A stretch of DNA of 64,000 nt, from the NCBI RefSeq assembly GCF_001194135.2, contig NC_068994.1, positions 53,290,318-53,354,317 on the forward strand, written 5' to 3'. A program made the position numbers and the translations under genes. The stretch is from Octopus bimaculoides (lineage: Eukaryota). Positions 52,201 to 64,000 of the stretch are shown here, in pieces (position 1 is the stretch's first letter; each line of letters begins with the position of its first letter). The notes below the pieces were generated by a model. The model was not told the DNA's origin. It saw only the letters and a list, made by a program, of their open reading frames with translations, and searched no databases.

Positions 52201-53834
52201 GGTAAAGCAGTCACTGTCTTTAAAGAAGAATTAATAATGCCAGGTTCTTTTTTGTCTGTTACTAATGCTGTCAGTGGTTGTGGTTGTGGTGGTGTTACTC
52301 GTGTTAGTGAAAACGATGAGTATCTCATAAATCATTTTTTTCCCCCGAATGCAGATCATTTTACTTCAAAGTATTATGTACACATATTAAATTATATTTA
52401 TTACTCGTGTATGTATGTATGTGTGTGTGTTGCGGGGTGAGGTGAATTTTCTATTAAAAGGCAATTTTAATGAAGAAATAGATGTTTCGAAACGAGCGAA
52501 GCTCAGCCTCGGGTTAAATTTCACTCTCTTATTTGGAGTTAGATCGTCAGACAATTGTTTTGTGGTGAATTGTTCTATCTTTAAGTTCTGAGTTCAAATC
52601 CATCCTAGATCAACCTGGTTTTTCATACAAGCGAGGTCGATAAAGTAACTGTCAAGTACAATGACGAGACGATCGACCCTAGCCATTCCCTTTAAATTTC
52701 AGTTCATGTCCCTATGTAAGAAATCCATATGATTTTCAATAGGCAGTCTGGCGATCATCAGTTGAGCATGTCCCTTGGTTGCTAAGGATATGCGCATCTC
52801 CGATCATGAGTATGCGTAGTGGGGGAGCATCTTAGACATGAGTTATGAAATACGTAAACATATATAATGTATTGACGGACAGTACATAACCATTTGTCGT
52901 ATATTTACTGTTCAGTTCTAGTTATTGTACATGCATATGTATGTGTGTGTACACACAGGTGTGTTTGTATATTTTAAATATTCGCCATTCAACTCTGGTT
53001 TACCTATATTTCCTCGTCTTCTACACACACTTATTTTAAATATTCACCCTACAATTTTACTTTGCATATATTTACTGTAAATCTTCGTTCATATTTATTC
53101 ATATAGGTAGAATATATAAATGTAGACAGACAGACAGACAGATAGGCAGATAGATAAATAGATAGATATCTTCTGTAGTTCGTCATAATTACCATTTCAC
53201 TTTCAGGTTCCTACGGTTTCTACCACAAGAGAAATCAAAAATCAGATTCAATATAAACTACTTTTATTTCCGTAGAAAAGAATTCATTTGCGAATATAAG
53301 TGGAAAATATTGAAATGAAATTTTCATTTTTGTTTTAGTAACAGTAACCTGGGGAGTTCTCAAGTAAATAATATTAACTCTATTAACTAAGCCACTAAAA
53401 ACAAACGCAATTTTACAGACAGAAATGTATTAAGATGATAAGATCTTAAATAAATAGAATCGATCATAAATTTAGACCAGATGTGTAAGACAATCTTCTT
53501 TTTGTTTCCATAAACTATTAATTTTTTTGCTCTACTCTATCTTTGCTTTTTGTGTGGTGATATTTTTTATAGAAATCATGGTTTATAACCATCATTTCAT
53601 TTATATATTTTTTTCCTTTGCTTTTATTCAAATGATACTTTATCAACAACGATTTACCTCTCGCTTTAGAAATAATATATTTTATATGAGGAAAGGTTAA
53701 TAGATTTCATTCAAACACTGATCAGTGACAATTATGTGATACTTTTTTGCTTACATTTCTAGAAAGTATATAAAGCAAACTGCTGAGTCTTGTACAGCCC
53801 TATGTTCTAGTAATGGCCAGAAGGACAAAACCTG

Positions 53835-53922
<88 letters not shown>

Positions 53923-54590
53923 GGCATACATACGGACATAGATAATTTACTTATGGCATTCAATAGAATCTAGGCACATCAAAACCGAGGACGACAGAAA
54001 TGGGGTTCACAGTGAGGAAAAGCAACCATGAAGGTATCAGGTGTTGGTAGGATACAGTAGGTACGTAAGTGCCAAATCAAATTTAAACCGTAGATCCGAC
54101 TCGGGGCTGTTTCTAGTGCAGTATAGGTGTGTGTGTACGCGGGGAAAGGCGATAACAGTTCTATACCGTTCTACCGTCATGAGTTTTGCTTTCTTTTATC
54201 CCAAGACAAAATATTTGCTGGGTTTAATAACCTTAATGGCTACAGCATGTCTTTGATTCTTGTACGTTCTCATAAACAGTATTAGGCTGTAAACGTAAAT
54301 AAAACAAAAGGCGTTTGCAATAATATAGTTCTTTGATCTCATTGCTTCACGCATGCCCGTTAAGAACCACCCCTAACTTCCTCCATAAATCTGAAAGTTA
54401 TTTCTAAAATCCTAGTCATCCCACAATGTCGGATGGATTCATCATAATTATGGTATTATTTCCCCTGTGTTTGCTACCTGTTTAAAATGTTGCCTGAAGG
54501 TGGTGGATTATGTGCTATGACATAATTTATGGATACATTAATAAAATTCTACCGAAACAGCTGTTGTAAATTTTAAACTCCATTCTTGTT

Positions 54591-54710
54591 CAGGCATGGC
54601 TCTGTGGTAAGAAGCTTGCTTCCAAACCACATGATTCGGAGTTCAGTCGCACTGCATGATACAATGAGCAATTATCTTCTATTTTAGCCTCTGAATGACT
54701 AAAGAAGCCC
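54591..54710 (+). mobile_element. SINE family B head, degenerate
   Basis: CAGGCATGGCTCTGTGGTAAGAAGCTTGCTTCC..GAGTTCAGTCGCACTGC. Confidence 0.7.
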
Positions 54711-54959
54711 TGTTTCTGTCAAATTAGTTCGTAGTTGTCTTTTGTAAGCAAACTTCTATGTGCTTTCGGTGCGAATTCTTTTGTCTTACGGTACCGAGTT
54801 TTACAGTACTGTAAATAATAATAATAATGTTATGCCCCATTATTAAACCATTTTCCTTACCCATTGCACGGTGATCGCCATAAGCTTTAAGCTTATTTAA
54901 ATACCATTATTATTATTGACAGGATTGTAAAACTCGGAACCGTATAACAAAACCATTTG

Positions 54960-55016
<57 letters not shown>

Positions 55017-55800
55017 GTATATGAAATTAGAATACAATACAAGGAAAACAGTCTCCTCTATAGGGATGGAAAGATCCTATCTTATACACGTTTGGAGGTT
55101 TAATACTCAATATTAGCAGAGAAAAACTTTCCCACTGTTCAAATGGGTATGTATTTAATGTACAAAAATGAAACGAAAATGGAGATTTAAGATATATTTT
55201 AATTTATAAACATATTCTATTATTATAATATAATAGAAATAGAAATATTATTATCCTACCATTGTTTCAATTCAGACCCAATAATAAATTTATAAAAGTT
55301 CATATTTATGGGTAAAGAATTTCCTCAGGGAAATATTTGACAAAAATTACATATGAGGATGTTTACAAAAAACTAAAATAAATAAATAAAAACTAATATA
55401 ACGGTCATAAAATTTGTTTGTATACTTTTAAGAATATTAATCCAAGTATATTTCTGCGTATTAATTTTTTTAACAGAAATAATATGCTAAGAACTTATGG
55501 CTAAATCGGAAACATCTCCTTTTATTCTTCCATACTATTAGGAAAAATACATGTTATTCAGAAAATTTATTCAGAAAAAATCGTTATCCTCACTAGTATT
55601 ATAAAATAAAAACAACCCGTTACTAATCATGGCTAAATAGCCAAAAAAATCTTTTAAATACTTTATCCTCACTAGGCCAACACTAAATAGTATAAATTAC
55701 ACTGTATTCATCCACTATTATCACCCATACTAGAAACGCAATCACAATTAAAAAATTACGTAGTTTTTATTAAGAAAATAACTTTCGGAAAAATAAAGCC

Positions 55801-55882
55801 CCGCGCGCGCGCGTGCGTGCGTGTGTGTGTGTGTGCGCGCGCGTGCGTGTGTGCGCGCGCGTGCGTGTGTGCGTGCGCGCAC
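55801..55882. repeat. CG/TG alternating purine-pyrimidine tract
   Basis: CGCGCGCGCGCGTGCGTGCGTGTG... for about 80 bp. Confidence 0.9.
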
Positions 55883-56443
55883 AAACACACACGCATGTTA
55901 CATGTTTATGTTTTCCCAAATAACGTGAGATACCAATAGAAATTCTGGTCATGAGCTGAATGCCGAAATCAAGATGATATCCGTGAGGCAGCCAAGGACA
56001 GAAATTCATCGGTTGTATTGCATTGATTCCTTTCTACAGTTTGATCTCTGCTTGTTGTTAACGTTCGGTGGTTTGTTTTCAAGTTTTTTTATAGTTATAT
56101 TTAGGCGTCATTTATGGGGACTGTACAGGTCCTTAGGTCATATCTGATTATAGGAATTTATCCGTAAAGCTTATAACTAATTGTAGTCTAGCATGATCAA
56201 ATTGCAGTTATAATGCGAATATATTAACTCGGATTTTCCGTATCAACTTTACCGGAATTGTGATTGCTGTTGTCAAACCACGTCTACCAAAGCACTGGAG
56301 TGCGGAACATTTCTACCTTGCCCTCAAAAACGTCACACCTTTTGTGGTGACCATTTCGAGGTTCATTCACTACTGGGACATAACGAAGTACTGGGCAGAA
56401 TGCATCGTAGTATAGATGAGTTGTCTTGAAACTGAATATTGAT

Positions 56444-56497
56444 TACGTTGTTACAACACGACGCAGTTTCGCCACAGCTGGCTCGTCAGGTAACGTA
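56444..56497 (-). ncRNA. Type I hammerhead ribozyme with an intact catalytic core
   Basis: Minus strand: UACGUUAC CUGACGA GCCA gcug UGGC GAAA C ugc G UC / GUG uuguaac AACGUA. All conserved core nucleotides are present, with a GUC cleavage triplet. Confidence 0.8.
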
Positions 56498-57149
56498 TGA
56501 CTAACTGCTTATGGATTTATCTTTTTATCAATTTTTTAGTACCATCAGAGATTCTGTACCTATATTTAAACAGAAACATAAATTATGCTTTTTTGTATGA
56601 ATATGGTCGTGTACATTTGGAATTTAGAACTATTGTATTAATGGCTTGTGTGTAGTTCTCATCATTTCAATTGCCATTTCCGTGGATCTTCTCCCTCTTT
56701 CATCGACTTTGCTTTTGTTTATTTGTTTGACATCATTTTTCTGAAGTTCTTTATTTTTATATATTTCACCATTTGCCAATTCATTTGATACCACCACAAT
56801 CTAATTAATACCTTGTGATATCTATCTTGGAACAGGAAATGTTTGGTGATTATTGCTAGCTTGTTTATTTGCTTATTTTTTGGCACTGTATTTGAATAGA
56901 TGGTGGAATGAACCAGGTCATATTTCTTCACTTTACTTGACTTATTTTAGTTCGTTTATATTGCTAATTTTTCTTTAAGCTCCTCCCTTCTTTTAGATTT
57001 CTATATAAAGTGATGCTGCTTTGTCTAATATCGATCTGGATGGGTTTGGGGAGGCGATGATACTGTGGAAATTTCTCTAGCTTATGTTACTGACTATATT
57101 CTTTGTTTTCGAAAAGGGAGCGATTGAAAAATATTATATATAACAACAT

Positions 57150-57420
57150 TTCCTTAGATTTTTATGTGAAAGGAGGGTATTTGTGCTGTTAGATTAGTGT
57201 TTTATCTTGGAAACTATTATTGATTGGTACGTTTGTTTCGAGATTGATCGCTTCGAAGGCATTTCTTAAATATTTTCTATGTCGAATTTGTCTGTCAATG
57301 TTTTGGGAAATTGTTGCGCCTTCATCTCTGTATAGTCCGATAAAAATGTGTTGACTATATCGCTTAGTTCTTCCAATATGCATAGTTCTACTAATTCACA
57401 TGCCTTTGTAATTTCGGATC
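57150..57420 (-). pseudogene. GIY-YIG endonuclease relic of a Penelope-like element
   Basis: YKGM*..RTMHIGRTKR..I..R..TISQ..FEAINLETN..KTLI*QHK.P resembles the PLE C-terminus (YK..C..YIG.TKR..EALLI..HKP.LN). Confidence 0.6.
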
Positions 57421-58309
57421 ATCCATTACATATCCATAGTGATAAATGCAACAACACTTAACACCACACAAACACTACCCTATTGAAAACACTTTATTTG
57501 ATAACTATTCAAAAGTTTCCTACAGATGCGCATGAAATCAAAACATATCTGAACCACAAAGAATCACATCTAGAAATCCATGGCCCAAAGCCGAATTATG
57601 TGCAAACGTTCCAAAGTCACTGCTATGAAATGGAAATTGCTTAAAAATGAAATAATCTAAAATACAAAATAATTGCAAGAGGAACAAACGACAAAAATTA
57701 CATCGGAGCTGCAACGTAGACATTTAAAGCCCGATGTACCCAATACATTCACTCGTAAAGCCTTATTTATATCAGAAGTAGCACGTCAATTTGTACATAA
57801 GGTAGACGAATACAAACATAGATGTACTATACTGTACTGTACTGTAGAATATAGCTATAGATTTTTAAATAACACAGTAACAAGCAGATACAAGCACTGC
57901 GGCTTTCACAAGTGTGCTGTGGTCTTTCATGTATAAATCTAAGTCTCTTGGCTACTGGAGATAAAGTTGGGTAATTGTGCCAATGTCTCTCCTCTTATCT
58001 CCAGACAATAAGCCCGTCTTTTTCTTTCTTTCTAATGACATGTCAACTTGGGAAGATTCTTGATTGTTTTTAAATTCTCTCCTCTTTTAATATGGAACTG
58101 GTCTTAATTGCTATTTGGTATTTCTAACATGTCATCTAGAGGCTTAGATAATTTTAATAAAACTTCACGATTTGTTCAACTATATATATATATATATATA
58201 TATAATCAAACTTGTTGCAAGCAGGGAAAAGTATAGATAAAATAAAGATTTGTAAAGAAAAAGAATATATCAGAATAAAGCAATCACAGTGATAAGTTAA
58301 GTCAGAGAA

Positions 58310-58343
<34 letters not shown>

Positions 58344-59160
58344 CGCGCGCGCACNNNNNNNNNNTGTGTGTGTGTGTGTGTGAGAGAGAGAGCGCGCGCG
58401 CACGTACATGGTATTAAAAAACTGATGTACAGCAAATATTTAATCACTGACGTAGTGCTAACAACATCCATCAGAACATGCGAGCTTTTCCTAACTACAA
58501 GCAATTAGAAAATAAACTATAATAATAATAATGATTTCTAATTTAGTAGGTACAACATTTAAGATAGACGAAATTATTAATAGCAAGATAAATAATTCGA
58601 AAACAAAATAATGAGGCTTAATTTCTGTAATCTCGAACCTGTAATTATGTATTGATGTTACTATTGCTACAGGGTTTTTCATTTTATTATATTTTATTTT
58701 GTTGTTTGTTTGCTTTTTTATTATTTTATTTCGTCAATGTCGTCATTGCTTTGTATGTTGTTGTTGTGTTTGCTATTTATTTCTTATCACTGGCTTTGAT
58801 CATTCGTCAGCCAATTTAGGCAGCTGTCATTAGGCGATTTTCCTCCCTGCAATCCCAAACTTATCTCGCGTCTTCTTCCATCGTTCTTCTCAACAGAAAC
58901 GTCTGTGCGTGCGTGTGTGTGTATGTGTGTTTGATAATCATAATAATCGACAGCCACTGAAAATATATTCTTGTCAGCTGCGTGACTACTTACATACACA
59001 AACGTTTTTGTCTCACATTTACATGTCAAACTTCTAAATACTTTCCAATTTTAAACCTTTTAAATCGCATGCAGATTGTTCTCTTGTTTTCTTTCTTTCC
59101 TTTTCATAAACAGTTTTTTTTCTTAAATTATTCTTATAACTATTATTATTAATGCAGTGA

Positions 59161-59377
59161 AGATTGCGAGCCGGCAGAATCGTTAGCGCGCCGTGCGAAA
59201 TGCTTAGCGGTATTTCGCCCGTCGCTACGTTCTGAATTCAAATTCCACCGAGGTTGACCTTGTCTTTCATTCTTTCGGGGCGATAAATTAAGTACCAGTT
59301 GTGTACTGGGGTTGATCTAATCGACTTAATCGCCTCCCCCAAGCTGCCCTTGTGGCAAAAATTTGAAATCCTTATTA
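59161..59377 (+). mobile_element. SINE family A, full length
   Basis: GGCAGAATCGTTAGC..GCTTAGCGGTATTTCG..TTCAAATTCC..AAGTACCAGTT. Confidence 0.85.
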
Positions 59378-59393
59378 CCAATGCTACATGCTA

Positions 59394-59720
59394 AGAGCCA
59401 TGAAAAGACACATGCTAGAATTATCATTGCGAGATCAAATCCGAAAAGAGGTAATTCGAGAAGACATCGGAGGGGACGACAGAACGACGTGATCGCTAAA
59501 TAACGAAAGTCCAAGCTACGCAGAGCCGGACATGTTGCGGGGTTCACAAAAAAATCTGGCCCTGTACAGCTGCCGACTAGTATCCATGAGATGGGAAAAG
59601 GACTTTCGGAAAACCTCCACAACGATGGGGAGATGACTAAGTTAACCGATTTGCTCCAAGATGAGTAGACTGGGACACTCAAGAAAGGATTGGAAACGTA
59701 TTGTGATCAGAGGTGTATAA
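59394..59720 (+). pseudogene. RTE-clade LINE C-terminal (post-RT) relic
   Basis: RAMKRHMLELSLRDQIRKEVIR..KSKLRRAGHVA..YP*DGKRTFGKPPQRWGDD matches the RTE motif RAMER..L.DRIRNEEIR..RWAGHV..GKR..GRP..RW.D. Confidence 0.85.
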
Positions 59721-60620
59721 CGGCATAACAGTATAACACCATTTTTATTAGTAAAGTTGACGTTGGTGTGATTTGAACACGTTGCATAGAATTCGAAAAA
59801 ATATTGCCAGATAATTTATCCGACACTCTGAATTACTCTGCCAATTTTTTGCACATAACGTGCTACGTGCTACGTGCACACGTGTTAATATTAACCAAAT
59901 TTTACTTACAGAATATTGTTTCATCCGAGATTATTTTTTCAAAGATCCGTTCTGGAATAGTGAACCCGAAATGCCCAAAATCTTGTGGTTGTGCACCGAT
60001 GAGACTTCTTAACCACATTACTATGTTTGTATTCAATAACACTAAACGTCCACAACGACCAAATTTAATTATTTTACGGATAACGAACGAGATAATTAAA
60101 TTCTGAGACAGCCACTTTAATACTCTAATATTAAACAATTAATCAACAAGTACTCATTGTAAAACTTCAATCGTCTTTTTCCGGCCCTAAATCTAATAAG
60201 AGGATTAACTCTTTATATGGGGTGGAGAATAAAGAAGATACAAACTGACAGTTGACAACACAAACACAAATCTAAAATCATACATATAAATATTAAGCAA
60301 ATATCTCTATGAAGTGATGTCTATATGTTTAATGAACCTATATATAGTCTTGTTGTTAAAGTCAGTCTTGTTAAAGCGGTTTGGAATGAAGAAAATAAAC
60401 TGACTTGTTTCGGCTTTCATTAGAGAGTCTTCAGTAATCGCTTATCCCTTTCTTCCAAGTTTAACGGACAAAATTTTATCTATAACTCATATTTGAATTG
60501 CTTTTCGATAGCTGTTTCAAAACATAATCGTTTATACAATTACGAAAGTAGAGTACATACATAATTATGCCTAAAACAATTATAAAACATGTAAAATTTA
60601 TGCTTTTCTGCTATTTACAA

Positions 60621-60651
<31 letters not shown>

Positions 60652-61384
60652 CAATAAATCTTTTTCTCCGGATTTCTTATTAGATGAATAACCTGTCACG
60701 TCTTAATTATTTATTCATGGAATTATAAAAAGGGTCTTTGTTCTTTCATTGAAACAGCTGTTGGAGACAAATTCAATAATACGCAAGATTTACGCTCCTT
60801 CTGCTGTTTGCTGTCCTGAGTATGATACTTTCAACTATCGCTTTAACCCACTTTATAAATATATACAAGTTTATTTCACCAATAAATAGTAATAACGTAT
60901 TGGACTTTGATGATGTTAATCTTTGAGCTCTTAAATTACTGTGAATAAATTTTGTGGTGGTTATATTTCTACTCGCTAGGTAGCGATTAAGAAGTCTAAT
61001 AGCTATTTAAAGAAAGTGGAAAGAAGATTGTTGGTAGCACAGTTTAATTTACATAATGGTCCCGTGTTAACGATTGAGAATTGAATTAATAACTATAAAA
61101 CCAACACAGCCAGTGCAATGAATATATATTCGTAGTTGTGCGTATATGATTGATAAGCATTCTTTCAAAAACCTAACGTTCCGAAATGTCTAATCATTGA
61201 GATGAATAACAAGTTGTGGTTGTCATACGTTTCTCAAAGTGCGTTGGCAATATCCGGGAAACATGTGGTCAAAGATGAAGACCAAAGTTTGCAGAAGGCA
61301 GTTTAAACAACCTAATGAATAGAAGCATATTTACAATACAGATGAGATCATTGAAAAAGGGCTGTCTATGAAGTCCATACAAAT

Positions 61385-61550
61385 CATAGAAATAGGGGCC
61401 AAATCTCTCTTAAACCACACCCCTATCTTCTGAAAACAAAATATAAGGCACATTCTATAATGGAATCACTCAAACAAAAGATTTCATCATGACTGGAATC
61501 CCTTTGGTCCTAGGTCTGTTTGATTACAGTTCACTCGGTGCTAAACAATA
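61385..61550 (+). mobile_element. Fourth interspersed family (D), ending GCTAAACAA; decayed copies at about 6300-6360, 6670-6830, 9930-10070, 20720-20780 and 48715-48850
   Basis: Recurring blocks TAGAAATA(G/A)CAGC..AAATC..CACACCC and ..CTAAACAA. Confidence 0.45.
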
Positions 61551-62844
61551 TCGGCAGGGGACCTACTAGTAATAGCAGTCGAATCTCCGCACATCTCGCA
61601 ATTAGATCAGACCTGAGCTAATGCTAAAAGATATATAAAACCAGCAACATCAACGATTGAAATCCAACGTTATAATAAATGTATTGCATAATATCAGTAT
61701 TTCGACTCGATAACATTAATTGAATTAGACAAGCAATATGGTGGATGTCACACTCAAATGATAAAAAATAAAACAAAAGCGAAAACTTTAAAAAACAACG
61801 TATTTTTTTATGTCTTTATCAAAGAATTAGTCCTGGTTATTTCGTTATTTGACGGTAACGTCATCAGAAATTAATTCATTCATTGAACATGTATACATCA
61901 TCAATCAGGAAGAGTTGGCTATTTTATGACAGAAACTGTGAGGAAAATGCTATCTATTGCTATAAACAGCTCAAATATTTATGACCTAGAACGAAATTTA
62001 ATAGTATCCGATTCACTACACAACTTGTCAATGTGCATAGCATATCGAAATAGTTCGTTACTTTTCTTTCTATTGAATTGTGTTGCATGCTTTATGGTTT
62101 TACTTTTTCTATACCAATGGTCGTGTCATCGGCTGCAAAGTATTTTTTTTTCTAACCGCATCTTCAAAGCGAGTACGTTTGAAAGAACGGGGAAACATTG
62201 TGTTTGTATGTGAAGGGGCGACGGGGAAGACAAAGAGTGGGTGGGAAAGAGAGATAGGATGTTTATTGCTCTTTAGCTATGAGGTTATCCATGATCGAAC
62301 CAGCCGTGATCATCACGCCTGTTTTCTTCAGATTTAGTGTGTGTGTGTGTATATAGAACTACATTATCCAATTTCTAGCAGGTCCAACAACCATATAAAA
62401 ATTCTCTCATATCCTGCGAATCGTCATAGTTGTTATTATTTAACTCAAGATCAAACCTGGTTATCTCCACTTTGATGAAACGCAGTCTCTCTCTCATTCT
62501 TTCTCTTTCTCTCTCTTTTATCTATTTATCTACCTATTTGTGTGTCTGCATGTGTATGCCTTTCCTTACAGTGCTGATACCTTTCTGAAAATTGCAAGTA
62601 TTTTCGTTTATCACGGATTAGCAACCCAGATGAAATTCAATGATATAATAAATAAATTACATTCCAATATTGCATTGACCACATTTTTTTCCTAATGTTT
62701 TTAAACTCAAACTTCTATATATAATAGTCTTGTAAAGTTGGCTAAGTTCCTATAACGTGGAGAAAAGAGAATCCTAAGGTTGCTAACAAAACTCTTTGCC
62801 GAGAGAGAAAGAATATTATGTTTGGTTTGGGTTAGCTAAAACAA

Positions 62845-63423
62845 AAGTCGGTCGAAGTTTTTCTCGTTTGAGAAAAACCAAATCAAATCCTCTGCTGGAT
62901 TTTTCAGTTTGTTAAAGAGCCTTTTAGATCTGATGTAGTGATTTACTTTTGGTTTTTCTGACAAATTAACCTTTCCTCATCATATAAGACTTATATCTGA
63001 TGTCTTCGTAGACAACATTTCTGATTGTTCCTTTTGACACATGGAGATCTTTTGCAATTGGCCTCGTGGTCATTCTGGGATTGTAATCAATGGTCTGTTG
63101 AACTTGCTGGATAAATTCAGGTGTTCTGATGATTTCAGAGCATTTAGAATGGTTTTTATTCTTCGATACTGGTAATACGTTTCCATCTTCAGTCTCTAGC
63201 TCCTTACAAAGTTTGTAGACGAAAGATCTGGCAACTTTTAACAATTGAGATATTTCTAAATCACTATGCTCAGCCTTTGTAACCACAACAACGGTATGTC
63301 TCTTCATTTCTTGAGTAAGCTGAGGGTCTGCCATTATTTTCTGAAACAAAGATTATACAGAGTTAGCAAAAAATGCAGCAATGACCCCAAAAAGGTATGT
63401 CTTCAAATATCCTACGCACTCTG
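62845..63423 (-). mobile_element. Tc1/mariner (maT-like) element, 5' part with truncated transposase
   Basis: The TA|CAGAGTGCGTAGG end lies at 63423. ATG 63334 gives MADPQLTQEMKRH..RTPEFIQQVQ..NP..IAKDLHVS..TIRNVV.EDIRYKSY..RKG*. After a frameshift it continues RLFNKLKNP..WFFSNEKNFD, with the first catalytic D changed to N. Confidence 0.85.
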
Positions 63424-63577
63424 TATATAATCGATAAAAAGCTATAACCGAGACTCAAGGCCCGAGAGTTTCGTGCATCACAGACATGTATGTATGTATG
63501 TATGTTTGCATATATGTTTCCATGTAAATATATTTATAAATATATGTATTGAAAATTGAGTTTGTGTTTGTGTTGTC

Positions 63578-63612
<35 letters not shown>

Positions 63613-63694
63613 TACACACACACATATGCATTATCGCGGTGCTGTACCGTTGGCTTTGATCGGTTGTCTCATTGTGCATGCCAGTGCTAATACT

Positions 63695-63830
63695 GCTAGT
63701 ATAGCTATCTTTATCATCATCATCATCACCATCATACATTGTCATCATGATTCCCATCACACTCATCACCATCATCATCATCATCATCGTAATCGTTACG
63801 ATCATTGTCGTTTTCTTCGTTGTCACTGCG
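63695..63830. repeat. Degenerate (CAT)n tract; similar tract at about 30950-31350
   Basis: Seen directly; explains the His-, Ile- and Met-rich ORFs. Confidence 0.85.
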
Positions 63831-64000
63831 TCCGTTAACAATCTGCATGTATCGATTGTCCAAGTAATCATTACCGATATCAAAGGTTTATTCTACAACA
63901 AACACACTGATATCTTTTTCTTTTATTACCCTTCAACTATTTTGGCATCGGTCCAAACAGAATGAGTTCCCGCAAAGGCTTGCAGTTCAAAACTGTGCTT

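Noticed and set aside
55030-55790. Possible ancient NUMT (ND4/ND5-like strand skew, MFPI.AMS-like string)
   Set aside because: I could not obtain a collinear mitochondrial translation; needs BLAST against cephalopod mtDNA.
56270-56400. THAP-like FCGDHF string on the plus strand
   Set aside because: Only a short motif requiring frameshifts, inside the putative Penelope-like region.
58310-58405. Duplicated (GT)n(GA)n(GC)n block
   Set aside because: The two copies flank a short N gap, so this is most likely an unmerged contig overlap.
63455-63965. His- and Met-rich ORFs
   Set aside because: Products of (CAT)n and TA repeats.

Overview
AT-rich, microsatellite-saturated metazoan genomic DNA with about 2.7 kb of N gaps. 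The SINE and MITE families look like those of Octopus (a coleoid cephalopod); this is inferred from repeat recognition, not from a database search. I found no host protein-coding exon. Nearly all long ORFs in the track are microsatellite or gap artefacts. The window is an intergenic or deep-intronic transposon graveyard. It holds at least 4 SINE families (about 25 copies, several in closely spaced inverted pairs), a nearly full-length but shattered hAT transposase fossil (about 14.3-16.9 kb), and relics of R4/Dong, RTE, Penelope-like (GIY-YIG) and Tc1/mariner elements. It also holds mariner- and hAT-type MITEs and two related foldback elements. The best observation is a type I hammerhead ribozyme with an intact catalytic core on the minus strand (56444-56497), about 0.7 kb downstream of a same-strand GIY-YIG relic. 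Several decayed hammerhead-like motifs occur elsewhere. Two CpG-rich, motif-dense islands (about 38.5-38.8 kb and 51.5-52.2 kb) may be promoters. Element boundaries are read by eye and are approximate.
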